This document shows, piece after piece, positions 49,430 to 62,814 of a stretch of 64,000 nt of DNA. This DNA is from Squalus acanthias (Eukaryota). Every line of letters begins with the position of its first letter. Within the stretch, counting starts at the first letter, position 1. The position numbers were made by a program, and so were the translations under genes. The stretch spans positions 148,802,001-148,866,000 of the forward strand of contig CM059432.1 in NCBI GenBank assembly GCA_030390025.1, in the 5' to 3' direction. The notes under the pieces were generated by a model. It was not told the origin of the DNA. It ran no database searches and saw only the letters and a list, made by a program, of their open reading frames with translations.

Positions 49430-52400
49430 GCTTCAGTTTTTCCTACTGGCTTGACTAGAAAGTAGGGAGAAGGGGAGCAATTTGTTTGCTTACTTGTTGG
49501 TTCTCTGTATTGGGAAAGTGAGGGGGAACTACAACTGGAAGAAAATAATATGTACTTGGAAGGAGGGAGACGACTAACAACCAAAGATCAACATAAGGTG
49601 GGTGTTGGTGCACTTGTAGGTAGGGGGAGAAAAAAAGATAAAGGCTGAAAGATTGTGAGGTGTGTGTATGTGCTCTTTCAAAATCAACTAGGCTGCACAC
49701 ACTTCTAAACACTGCCACCCCACACCACCATTGCCTGGCCTGGGACAGGTGAAGCTGCCTGGGTGAAGTTTTTTCCCCATTAATAAGATTTGGTGGAGGA
49801 TTGAGCCTGGGCAGTTCCAGCTGTCCTGGGTGAAGACATCTCCTCCCCCTACCAGGAAGATCCACAAGACTTGTAATTAACAACTAGAAAGTGCATCCCT
49901 GCAACACACCCACCGACCCATCGAGCCCTGTTTAGAGTGGTGACCCCACCTCGGCAGCCTCCCTCCTTCCTTCCCTCGCTCTCCATCTCACTCTTGAGAG
50001 GCAACCTCTCCCTTTGTTGTTATTATTGTTTGGTTTATTTTGTTTTTGAGCAGAGAGAAGGCGCCTCTCCCCTCCTGACACCACAGGGGGAGGTGGGTTT
50101 TTTTCTTTGCTGCTTTTTTCCTAAAACCCCTCTGTTTTAAGGAAAGGTCATTTTAATCTCAGGGCTCAAACTTGGGGTGAGTGTAGCTCTTGAGTAACAG
50201 CAATGGCGACTCCATCTTCGCAAGGGGCAAGCAAGGACATACGCAGGCATGGCAGCTACAGCCACTCCTGCTGCCCTGTCACCTTTCACCCTGATCACCA
50301 AAAAACATGGGGTGAAGAGCTAATCTCGCTCCAACATGACCATTGAGGCGTGCATCAAAGCCATGGCCATTGTTGCCGCCTCAAATGTACGGGAAGGCTG
50401 TGTTCTTCCTGAGGTCTGAGCGGGCGATGATCCTGGCCCTTAACTAAGGGGCTCACAGTGGGTGAGACCTTCCTGCCAGTGGATCCTCGAGGTCACCGCG
50501 CAGCGAAGAATTTTATCTAATGTCCTGCCCTTTATCCCCAGTGAGCTCTTTCCACCCCCACCTACGTCAACTGGGGGAGAGGAGGTCGAGAATAGTGCCA
50601 ATCCTGCTCGGCTTCAGGGAGGCCAGCCTCCGTCACGTCACGCCAGCTTTATGTTCAGCTGGCGAGAGAGGACACGGAGGATGGATTTGTTTTGGTGGAC
50701 GTCTGGTGAAATCTCCATCCCAACTCCAGCGTCTTCACTCGAAGTCTGGAGGAGGAACGTCCAGAAACGACTGCCTTTACATTTCCCAGGCGTATGTCTC
50801 CAGTGTTCTGGCAGCTTCCATGCAGCCGGTTCCATGCTTGGACCACCACCTGGTGTGGTCGGAGCTCGCTAGGCTCCACGCACAGGTGGGGTCCGCGTAC
50901 TGGCATTTTAACATCCTGCTGCTGGAGGACGAGCGGTTCCAGGATTCGTTCAGTTGACGCTGGGCTGACTGGAGGGGGGGGGGGGGGGCTTCCCCCTCCT
51001 TGAGCCTATGGTGGAACGAGTGCAAAGCTCACGTCCGTCTCTTCTGTCAGGAGTATGTGAGGGGGGTTGACCAAGTGACAGAAGGTCCGGGTCGAGCGGT
51101 TGGAGAAGGAGGTGCTCGACCTGGAGTCCCATCTCAGTCAAGTCATCAAAGACTCGGCCCTACGGAAGGTGTTAGAAGAAAGGTAGGGCGTGCTGAAGGA
51201 CCTGTAGCTCGTTTGGTCCTGAGGCACATACGCGACGTCACAGATCCAGTTTCTCCAGGACCTGGACCGCGACTCCCCCTCCTACTTGCTGGAAAAAAGG
51301 CAGGTGGTCCATAAGCAGCTCTTGGGGCTGCTGGCCAACAAAGGATCCGGAGGGCCTCAGTGCTGAGGCCCGTGCCTATTACGGGGCTCTGTTCTCTCCG
51401 GATCTGTCCAGCGAGGATGCTCGCAGAGGTTTGTGGGAGGGCCTGCCGAAGGTCAGCCCGGAAGGTGCTCCGCTAAGCCTGGCGGAGCTGACCGATGCCC
51501 TGAGCCAGCTCTCTACGGGCAAGTCCCCAGGGCTGGATGGGCTGACCGTGGAGTTCCACAGGGCGTTTCGAGACGTCCTGGGGGGCAGCTACGCGCGGGT
51601 CCTGGGGGGAAAAGTTTGGCGACCGGGGAGATGCCTCTTTCTTGGCGCAGGGCAGTCATCGTCCTGCTGCCCAAGAGGGGCGATCTCCGCCTACTTAAGA
51701 ACTGGTGCCCGGTCTCCCTCCTCGGCACAGACTACAAGATCTTTGCCAGGGCAATGTCTGCCCGCCATGGCACCGTGCTGGCCCACATGATCCACCCCAA
51801 ACAATCCTACACGGTCCTGGGCTGGACCATCCACAACATCATCCATCTGGTCTGGGACCTGGTCCACCATTCCCAGAGGGCTGGTCTGTCAGTCACCTTC
51901 CTTTCCCTGGAGCAGGAGAAGGCGTTCGACAGGGTGGATCACCAGCGCCTCTTTGGGACTCTGCACGCATTCGGGTTCAGGACGCATTTTGTCGCCCGTA
52001 TCTGACTTCTGTACGCCGTGGATTGTCTGATTACGGTTAACGGTTCTTTGACGGCGCCCCTTCGCTATGGGAGAGAGATGCGTCAGGGATGCCCCATACC
52101 TTGCGAGTTATATGCCATCTGCGTGGAGCCTTTCCTGTGCCTCTTGTGGAAGAGGTTGATGGGACTGGCTCTGCAAAGAGCGGGCGTGGAGGTCGTCCTC
52201 TCGGCTTACGCCGATGACGTGCTTCTCATGATTACGGATCCCATTGACTTGCAGAGGATGCGTGAGTGCCAGCAGGTCTACTCTGCCACGTTCTTGGTGA
52301 GGATCAACTGGGAGAAATGGTCCGGACTCCTGGTAGGTCAGTGGCGGGTGGACTCCCTGCCGGAGGAGCTCAGGCCTTTTGCCTGGAGTACCACTCATCT

Positions 52401-54201
52401 CCTCTACCTGGGAGTCTACCTCAGCCCTGCCGAGGAAGCCTGGCCAGCAAACTGGCAAGAGCTGAAGGTCAAAGTCATCACTCGCCTGAGGCACTGGACA
52501 GGACTGCTGAGTGCTGTCCTACAGGGGTCGAGCGCTGGTCATTAATCAGCTGGTGGCCTCTATGATGTGGTACCGGTTGGTTACTTTGATCCCTCCCCGA
52601 GTTTATTACCAAGATACAGAAAGAAAGACTTGCATTTATACAGCGCCTTTCACGACCACCGGACGTCTCAAAGCGCTTTACAGCCAATGAAGTACTTTTG
52701 GAGTGTAGTCACTGTTGTAATGTGGGAAGAAGCTTGTTGACTTCTTCTGGGACAAAAGGAAGCATTGGATCTCTGCCGCGGTTCTGAGTATCCCGCTTAG
52801 GGAAGGCGGTCAGGCACTGCTGTGTGCGTACCCAGGCTGCGACTTACCGTCTTCAGACCCTGCAGAGATACCTGTATGTTGAGGATCCTCCCAGATGGTG
52901 TGCGCTGGTGACTTATTTCTTCTGCCAGCTGCACGTGTCAATTACGACACGCAGCTCCTGTTTATAAAACTGGGGTGCAGTCATGCCTCCTTGCACGAGC
53001 TGCCTGTCTTTTACCAGGAAATGAGCAGGATCTGGAACACTGACTTCTCTAGTCGGAGTTCTCCCCCGTCAGGAATGGCGGTTATCCTCCGGGTGCCGCT
53101 GCTCAGGAATCCGCATCTCCACGATCGCGGTTTCAGATGGCTGACGGAGGGGATGGCCCTGGCTGGCAAGGTGACCAGAATCAGGGACGTACTCGATGGT
53201 GGAGGAGCAGGTTGGATGTCGCCAGAGGAGCTGGCACAGCGCACGTCCTGGCACATCATCCGGTCCATGGCCAAAGCCATCGAGACGCTAAAACAGGCAC
53301 TTGGCCCTGACCCCACTAGGTGTGTCGAGGAGGCTCAAGCATGTGGAGCGATCCCGTCCAAGCTGACCCCTATTTGGACGGAATTTCTCATCGGTGCCAG
53401 GCCCCGAAACCTCCCTCTGGAGCCGGCGCCTCACAACTTGAGCCATCTCTCGGGGATCCTTTCCGTGCCTTTCCACGCTGCACGGAGGGGTTTCCTGTAC
53501 GGGCTGCTCTTGCACACTCCACTGTCTTCCTTGTCTACCGTCCGGACACGCCATCCGGAGGAGACGAGGGTCCCCAGTGGAGGGCTCTCTATGGGGGAGT
53601 CCTCCCCTCTTCTATTGGGGACTTGGCATGGTGGGTGTTGCATGGAGCAGTCCCGCGCAACAAATTTTTAAGTAGGTTCACTGACTCCCAGGCTGCCTGC
53701 AATTTCTGCGACCTCGAAGTCCGTGTTCCATGTATATGTTGAGTGCGAGAGGTTGTAGCCCCTCTTCCAATTTTTAAAGGGGCTGCTCCGAAATTTTTGG
53801 TTGCACTTCAGTCCCACACTCCTGACCCTTGGGCACCCGGTGTGGAGGGGAGTTGGCAGATCAGAGGACCTCCTTGTTGGACTGCTCCTGGACCTGGCCA
53901 AGGCGGCCATTAACAGGTCCAGGCAGCGGGTCGTCGAGGGGGTCACTTGGCCCGACTGCCCTGCCTCTCGTCCGTGGCTATGTTCACGCCCGGAGATGGG
54001 GCATGCGGTGTACGCACCAGAGGGACTGGAGTGCTTCATCAACCCCAGAAACAAAATTGTGATTTGATTTGTTAAGTTTCATTTAAATTTGGTTTAATTT
54101 GTGGTTTATTGGTTGTGTCCCGTTAAAAGGGGCACTTTCTTCCTTTCTTATTGGTGATGGCACCAGCCATCAATCACCGAATTCAACATTAAAAAGGTGT
54201 A
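49430..54201 (+). mobile_element. Tx1-clade non-LTR retrotransposon (near full length, internally deleted, decayed)
   Basis: ORF1 remnant from ATG ~50203. ORF2: APE end (LYISQAY...DHHLVW), GKSPGLDGLTVEF, KNWCPVSLLGTDYKIFA, EQEKAFDRVDH, RQGCP, YADD at 52207-52218, C-terminal CxxC...H...C at ~53700. Flanking direct repeat AGCAACTAA at 49421-49429 and 54202-54210. Confidence 0.88.
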
Positions 54202-57106
54202 AGCAACTAAAGACTGGGCTCTAGTACTCTATCCTTCACCACCTGGCTATCTGACTTTTACATTCAAGAGTAATGTCAGGAAGTACTTCTTCACACATAA
54301 GAACATAAGAAACAGGAACAGGAGTCGGCCTCGAGCCTGCTCCGCCATTCAATAAGATCATGGCTGATCCAATCTTGGCCTCAACTCCACTTTCTCGCTC
54401 TCTCCCTATACCCCTGGACTCCCTTGTAGTTCAAATGTCTGACAATCTCCGCCTTGAATATATTCAATGACTCCGCCTCCACAGCTCTCTGGGGTAGAGA
54501 ATTCCAAAGATTCACGACCCTCTGAGAAGAAATTCCTCCTCATCTCCGTCTTAATTGGGCAACCCCTTATTCTGAAACTATGCCCCCTAGTTCTAGATAC
54601 CCCCACTAGGGGAAACATCTTCAGCATCCACCCTGTCAATCCCCTCAGAATCTTATATGTTTCAATAAGATCACCTCACAAAAGGTAGTGAATCTGAAAC
54701 ACTCTTTCCCCTGCCCCCACCTCAAAAAAAAAAGCTGTTTAGGTCAATTGAAAATTTCAAAACTGAGATTAATAAATTTGTTAGGCAAGGGTTTTAAGGG
54801 TTATGGAACCAAAGCGGGTAGATGGAGTTAAGATACAGATCAGCCATGATCTAACTGAATGCAGAACAGGCTCAAGGAGCTGAATGGTCTACTCCTGTTC
54901 CTATATTACTGCAATGATCGCATGTGTCCCAAGCGGCTCCATTCACTTCAATTGGAGCTGACAGTCTAGATCAGCCTATGAGGCAGTACAGAAACGCCCA
55001 AGCCTGGAAACCCTCCACCAGATGATTATCCAGCAGTACCTAGTAGTTAATGTTGTTCCTCCCCCAGGATGAGGGGGATCCAGATTTTTTCCCCATCCTG
55101 TCTAAAGTGTCAGCTCCTGTTAAAGCACATGGAGCCACTCCAAGATGCACATAGAACATCCAGGTAATGTTTGCCATTAGTGTGGCCAAGGAAGGAAAAT
55201 GTTCACCTGCACAAGATTGCAAAGTTGAAGATATTTCAAACTGGGTAATATGCATCTTTGATGGCTTTTTCTCAGGACAGCGACGAGAGGCTATCTGAAC
55301 AGAAAGCTCTTTCCCCATACTTTCTTTTTCCCTTTGGTTTGTTTTTTTAATCAATTATAAATATAAGTGTTTCTTAGAGCACTGCCGATTGTGTATGATG
55401 AATTAGGTTGTTTTACTGCAGTCTTTAAAAATGTAGTAAGCTTAATTTGAAGACTTAAAGTGGGAAAAGCTCCCCCACTGGACTGAAAACTGGTGCAAAT
55501 CTAATCATATTTTTATCTATTTTGAGGGTGGGGAAGAAAACGCAGCCTTGAGTTGAGACCCGAGGTCAGTCATCTCCCAGCCCCTGACAGGGAAAAGCCA
55601 AGAGAGCAAAATATCCTTGTTCTATTACATGTTGTAATCAGGTAATCATAATGTCCTTAGAAACTATGAAAAATGCTGGAATTGCAAACAACTGTTAGAA
55701 TGGACTTGAACTGCATATCAATTAAAGGAAGGAGTGTTATAGTGGAGACACCACTGAATGTAAACAAAGGATCTGATGTTCCCAAAAGGAACCTCATCTC
55801 AGGAACTACAATTGCAAAGCTTGTAATTTCCCAAGGTGCCCTTCTCCACTGGTAGGGCCAGATCATGGAATCACTCCTTTGAAATAAAAACATCTACCTC
55901 CTATAACTAGGGTAAATACAAGTAACCAACATATGTCTCCATTTAGAGTCTGAAGCTTCATGTATGATAGTCTATCCTTGGTGGGCTTAATTCAGTGCCT
56001 CACTGTCAGGAGAGAGAGATCGTTAACTGCCCAGAGGCCACCAAAGGGAGACTTCAAATCACAAGAATGTAGTGATGCGATGGCCTTATAACAAGATTGC
56101 AAAGGATCAAGCTGAGGTCCCACACCAATACTGAAGCAGTTTTTTTTTGCTCACAATCTGTTGGCTGCCTCAGATTGTGGTGCTTGAACTTCTGGTAAAG
56201 AAACATAGAATGGCTGGAACTGAGCAGGAGACGAGGCTCCTCTTTCAACCCCTGGACAGGACAACCAAAATCCTGAGGATGAGAGTTTCACTATATAGCC
56301 ATGCCAAAATCAATCTCAATGTTCGAGATATTTTTCTCAGCAAATCTTCAACCTGTTCACCATAGAGGGCCTGAACAATGATGTACATTTCTATAGTCAC
56401 GCATTCCGCAAATCGAGAAGTACACCAGAGAACAGTTTTTGTTGCCGTGGTGTAGTCTGCTTGAGGTTCCTGACCCATGAAGAGGTACACAGACAAATGG
56501 ACTACAAACTGAAACCAAATAAATCTGTGGTCTGAGAATTATGCCATTATGTGAAGGAATTCATTTTGCAATCTGCTCACGGCACCAAACTAATTGGAGT
56601 TGAAGATTTTAGTATGTACATATATAAACCGTGTCATTTTAATGTGTTAACAGCTAACTTTTTAAAATGTGAACTTGATCATTAAAATGACAATACATTT
56701 TTACAGCTAAAAACACTAAAATCTGTTTGTTGCTATACAGTCATCTCATTTAAAAAAAATGGGAGTTAAAGTACACATTTGTTTCCTAGACATTTCAATT
56801 CTTGGTCACCTTCTGCATAAATTAAATTTAAAGAAATGCAATCCATAGTAAGGCAAACTATGAGGGCTGTGGAAGGAATAGACTCAATGGTTGAATGCCC
56901 TTTTCTCTTTGCAGATTTTCTTGTGAATGTTGTTCTGTTGTTAGTCAATGGCAGTGCCTAGGTAAATGAGCTATAAAACACTAAGCATCAATTTGTTAGT
57001 AGGATAGCTTTAAAACACTTAGCATCAATCTGTTAGTAGGATAAGCTTTGTTATGTTACAAAAAGCTAACAAAAAAAAGACAAGACAAACAAAAGTTATC
57101 ACTCAC

Positions 57107-57170
57107 CCACATGTTAAGTGAATGCATCACCAGCCAACTTTCAGAAGATGCCAGTGCGAGGCGAGGGATA
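57107..57170 (-). CDS. GOLGA4: GOLGA4 (golgin-245) alternative penultimate cassette exon; coding part 57170-57141 = YPSPRTGIF*
   Basis: Acceptor ctctgtag|TAT CCC TCG CCT CGC ACT GGC ATC TTC TGA; donor ...TTAACATGTGG|GTGAGT. Matches the recalled human isoform tail FTSPRSGIF*. Upstream of ITGA9 on the same strand, as in human. Confidence 0.85.
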
Positions 57171-57479
57171 CTACAGAGCCGGGGGAAATGAGCATAATGG
57201 CTTTTATTAGATAAGCAAGAAACACATCCAACACCATGGAAAATGCATGAATAAAGGCAACTGTTAGTTGAATTGTTCAAACAATTGTAAAGATTGTTAA
57301 ACCAGCATCTGAATTGGAGAAATCAGTAAGGAAGGGGAAGGGGAAGGGGAGGGAAAGAGAGAGAGAATGGGACAAACAACTAGTTCCTTGAAAAGGCCCG
57401 ACAGACTTTTAGAAATGGGAGCCATTAGCATTAAGCTTGTTTAACACAATGCAATTAATACATTAAATTTGAACTCTAC

Positions 57480-58597
57480 GGCCTGAATTTTGCGCTAAGA
57501 ATAACGGTGACTATCAGCGCTCATAAAAAGTGGAACTCCGGAAGTTGCTGTCTGATTTCCCTTGCTCCTCCACAAGCTTCGCTACACTGGTACATCGTCG
57601 AGAGACTCGGTATTAAAACACATGAAAGGTGTGAATTTGTATTACTTACCCGCTAGATACCCACTAAACAAGCCAGAAAAAAATTAGGACTTATCCATTC
57701 AAGTGTAAGTGACTTTTTAACCGCGTGATAAGTCTTAATTACTGGCAAACAACCTCTCTGGCACTGAACATTAACTTTTCCAAGTGTGGAGTCTCATTCC
57801 TTCAGATTTTAATTTTTGTTAGATATAAACATAGAATAGAAACATAGAATCTAGGAGCAGGAGTAGGCCATTCGGCCCGTCGAGCCTGCTCCACCATTCA
57901 ATACGATTATGGCTGATCATTCAAATCCAGTACCCTGTCCCTGCTTTAATCCCAGTACACATATCCCACCCTACCCCCGTAACCCCACGTATTTAATTCC
58001 CCCTAACATATCCCATCCTATCCCCATAACCCCACATATTTAATCCCCCCCTAACACTAAGGGTCAATTTATCATAGCCAAATCAACCTAACCCGCACAT
58101 TTTTGGACTGTGGGAGGAAACCGGAGCACCCGGAGGAAACCCACGCAGACACGGGGAGAATGTGCAAACTCCACACAGACAGTCACCCGAGGTCAGATTC
58201 GAACCCGGGCCCCTGGCGCTGTGAGGCACCAGTGCTAACCACTATGCCACCGTGTACTTTTTCTTTGACTCCTCTCTCTCTCTATCCCATCTTTCTTACC
58301 CTCTTTATTTTGCTTACTGCACACGATTTTACATTGAATTAAATATTCTAACTTACACTTCCTGGTTTGGACTCTGTGGGTCTCAGTGAGCATTCTTCAA
58401 TCTGATTGGTTGAAGAGACATGCTGTTGCTTGCCCTGTTCACACAGGTCCCAGTTCCCCTGTAGAGGGCGCCGCGCTGTTTCAGACGCCCGATGATCGTA
58501 AGTTGCTGCTCAAAAGCCCACAAAAAGTCTGAGGGCAGCTGTAAGCGTAATGAACGGCATGCGCCATTTGTTCACCACTGACTGCAAAATCCAGGCC
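57480..58597. mobile_element. Harbinger-type MITE containing a nested HE1 SINE
   Basis: TIRs GGCCTGAATTTTGC / GCAAAATCCAGGCC. Confidence 0.7.
57828..58254 (-). mobile_element. HE1-type V-SINE, tail type B
   Basis: Same head and V-domain, duplicated spacer, different CR1 tail ending in TTCTATGT-like repeats. A 5'-truncated copy lies at ~42658-42855. Confidence 0.88.
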
Positions 58598-61500
58598 AAT
58601 ATAATTATGTAAATTCTAACAACTCTCTATTGCACCTCTGCCTTTGTATGAAAGAAATTCAAAATGTGAATTTTCCTCATAATGCTATTTACAGGTTAAT
58701 CTGTGATTGATTGAAATGCTGGTTTACTATCCTGTTACTGTCTACCAAGATCCCCACTTGTACATGAAGTTGGTTTGCATTTGTGGACACCAAATATAGG
58801 CTGAAAGTGAGTATGCTAAACTCCGTCATTACCACTGAATATTAAAGTACAGCAATAAACAAATGAATGTTAAAGAATTGGGCAATTTTTGAAAATGGAG
58901 CAAGCTTCAATAATGTTTGATATACTGGAACACTCATGAGAGACAGTCTGACCAGATGTGCTTCACTGAGTCACAGACCATGAAGATCACAATTCGAGTC
59001 CTGATGTGTGCTAGGTTAGCTGATGGCATGTAGAGTTGTGGAGGGGATTACAAATGCCCTTAACTAAAGGTAGAGCAAATGGCTCTTCCATCAAAAAGTA
59101 CCTGAATAGTTAGTGGTGCCTCACTCAGTGCCTGCTGTCAGTAATTGAACCCATTAGAACAGCTTTTCTTTATGAAATTGGAAATGCTTAAATGTTTCAA
59201 CTGCAATAAATCAGTTAAAAATTCACATAAGCCCCAAGGGTGGCTGGTGCAAGTATTATAAAATGGGTGTGATCTCAGGACCATTGAGATCCCACTTTTT
59301 TCATGAGCTAGTACCGCACTACAGCTGTTGTCGATCCCCATTCAAAATTACTGATGGGTGGGTGTGGGGAGAAAGAAGTGCCTCTCCCATGGCTCAGTGG
59401 GTAAATCAACCAGATGCGCAACACTGAATCAGACAGACCAGGATCTGTGCTAGGTTAGCTGATGTCCGGTATCGTTGTGGAGGGGATTAGCCATAGTGCA
59501 TCAAGGATTTTGGAGGGGTGGGGTTAAAGAGAAAAGCAACCTGGAATTTTGCTGCTGATTTTGCTATCCAATGATCCCTACTACAAAGTTTGTTGTCCTC
59601 TTCGAATTTGGGCCATGATAGTTTTATCAATATTAATTAATACTGTTTTGAGGACTTTCAAGGTGACCAGTCATCAATGGAAAGTCAAAATGCTTCCACA
59701 AAATAATGCAGCATATTAAAGTGCTCTCTATGCTTTTAAGTCCTCAATAAACTAAATGGAAAACAAATATTTATAATTAATTACACAACAGGAGTGTTAT
59801 AAATAGGTTACATTAAGGGACAGTAAATTATATTTCCCACACGAGCTAACCATAAATTATCAGGTGTCTCTTACCTGTTAAGTATTTCATTACTTCCTTA
59901 GTATGTGGTCAAATTTTCCCTAAATTGCTGGTTTCCTTCTCTCTCAGTAAAACATGGCATCATACACCCAATTAACAACTCTTCCCAGTTATACTGTCAC
60001 TGAAGAACTATTTCTACTGCATCAGCTATGTTTTAATCTGTCAGGACATACAGACATCCAACTGGCTATATGCCAAGAAATGAAGAGACAAACCAACTTT
60101 TAAACTGATCAATATGACCGCTTGGCAAAATACTCTAAATCTGTACTATAACTGGAGAGAGACAGCTTTATTTAAAGCACACACTTTGAAAGGAGTCAAA
60201 TTCACACACATGCAAACCCATTATGCAAAATTGTTGATGCTGCATAAGAACTTCATCTCAATCAATTTCCTGACACAGCCAATTGTAGTACAACCAAACG
60301 AGAGCAAGTCTGATTATATGAAGCTTTTTGTTTCTGTCATGATATACTGCATAAGAAAAAGCAAGAAAGATAGAGAGACACACAAGTTTAACCCAGAGGT
60401 CAATTCCCTTTAGACACACATTTGGTCTGTTTGGGTGCACTGCTGACCAGTTTCCAATGCCTAGCGCCAAGAGTGTCCAAAGGCAACAGAGACTAAACAA
60501 TGAGCGCAGGAGGTACTCGTGTTACCTACTGCAGGGGGAAAAAGGCTGAATGCACTGTGCCAAGACTCAAACCTGGGAGCACTGAGTTCAACATATATCT
60601 GACTGCAAGATTTAAAAATAATTTCAATTTAATAGTGATAACACATCAGATTATGAGAAGACTTTTTAAAATGAAGACTAGTTTAAATATATTTTATTTG
60701 CTATCCTAACAAGATAAAACAGTTTGTATGTACAGTGGCAACAGGTCAGTTTTTCCAAAGTGTAGGTTTCATGTCTATATGAATGAGTCTGACCCTTTGT
60801 TGTGACCAACAACCTGTTCAAGTATAAATACAATGTATAGGTCTATGCAAGATATAACTGTACTGCTAGCAGTTAAGTCTGCTGCAGTCAGGATAACAGC
60901 AGTATATAATTTTTTTTCTCTTTCATGGGATGTGGGTGTCGCTGGCAAGGCCCATCCCCAATTGCCCTTGAGCCGCCGCCTTGAACCGCTACTGTATATT
61001 TCTTTGCAGCAGTTTGGTACAACTGAGTGGCTTGTTACACCATTTCAGAGTGAAGTTAAGAGTCAACCACATTGCTGTGGGTCTGGAGTCACATATAGGC
61101 CAGACCGGGTAAGGACAGCAGATTTCCTTCCCTAAAGGACATTAGTGAACCAGATGGGTTTTTACGACAATCTGGTAGTTTCATGGTCACCATTACTGAT
61201 ACTAGCTTTTTATTCCAGATTTATTAATTAACTGAATTTAAATTCCCCAACTGCCATGGTGGGATTTAAACTCATGTCTCCAAATCATTAGTCCAGGCGG
61301 ATTACGAGTCCAGTAACATACAAGGGTACGGTAGCATACTGGTTATAAGTAAAGTCATTTGACTGTCAAGGGTGAATGGGAAAAGTAGAGGGGTTTGGGG
61401 TTTCAGGATCACAAGACATTAAAAGCAGCACCCAAAGTGGTTAAGGGCATTAAAAAAAGCGAATGGAACACTGGGTTTTATGGAAGAGGTACAGAATGTA

Positions 61501-62814
61501 AAAGTTAAGATGTAATGATGAATCTATATAAAACCAACAAACTGGAGGAAGGATGTTGAGGCCACAGAGGGTACATCGTAGAATAACAAGGATGCTACCT
61601 GCTATGAGGAAATACAAATATGAAGGAAGACTTGAAAAATTGGTGCTGTTTTTATTTGAACAATGAAAGAATAAGCAGTGATTTGAAAATTAGAACCACA
61701 GAAGTTTATAGCACAACTGGGGGTCATTGGCCTTTCGTATCTGCTACTTCTTAGCCAAAGCAATCCAAAATGAATTGTAACGTCCCACTCTCTCTCTGTA
61801 GCTCGATTTTCCTCTGCTTCAAATATTTATCCAATTTTCACTTAAAAGTGGTCATTGTCTGAACCACTCCCTGTGGCAAAGCATTCCATGCTCCAACCCA
61901 TTGCGTAAAGAAAGTGGCTTTTCTGGATTTACAGGAAGGCATTTGATGCTGTTCCACATTATCAGACAGATTTACCAGGTCTGCACCCATGAAACAAATA
62001 GCAAAGTATTAAAGATGGATTGATGTGTGGCTGAAAGGCAGACAACAAAGGGCGATGATGTGTGGGAGTGTCTGAGTGGGCTTTTCTTTCTACACAGGAC
62101 AAGCATAGACTTCCAGGGAATATGATTGAGGTCTTTAAAATGATGAAGGAAATTGATTCTGTTCAGGTGAATAGGTTATTTGAGTTAGATAGGGAGGGAA
62201 GGGCTAAGGGGTATCAGTAAAAAATACAAAATCAGAGTTAGCTTAGATGCCAGGAGGTACTCCTTTTCACACAGTCACCGATTGCCAGAATGTGGGGTCT
62301 GGATTCGCTTTTGGCCTTCAAAAAGGAGCTGGAAGAGTTCCTGTAAGTGGAAGACATCTCGATTTATAGAAGGTAAATAGGTTAGCTGTGACTCGTGGTA
62401 TCGGTTACTGTAGTCTCCTGGAGCTTGCTTGATTGCCTTTGAGGGTCAGAGAGGAATTTCCCAGCAGCAGTTGATGGGGCATTAAGGTTTAATCATACTG
62501 GATGGGACAGGCTGGATGGATCAGTTAATATCTTCCCATCCTTTTGTGTGGCACTCGTAAACCAGTTGAGAGTGACTCAGAGGGGTCAGCGGTGTTTAGA
62601 ATCTATTAATCTTGCACCTGAACACAACTTTTTCTATTTTAAATTTCTATGTCTTATAAAAATTGGCTATTTAAACTGTCACTATAATTTCATCCTCCCA
62701 CCAGCTGAGCTGCTGCAGTTGTTTATAAATAACTGAGAGACAGGAATATATTAGCCAAGTTTGCAAATGACATCAATTTGAGTGCAATGGCCAATGATTC
62801 TAACCAATGTGTTA

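Noticed and set aside
55020..56520. Possible extra exons or nested gene in the last GOLGA4 intron
   Set aside because: Short ORFs with no recognisable homology or consistent splice phases; left unexplained and needs a BLASTX/RNA-seq check.
59860..60040. Strong minus-strand donor CAG|GTAAGA near 59873 as the GOLGA4 GRIP exon
   Set aside because: The adjacent sequence does not encode GRIP-like residues; that exon is probably beyond the window end.
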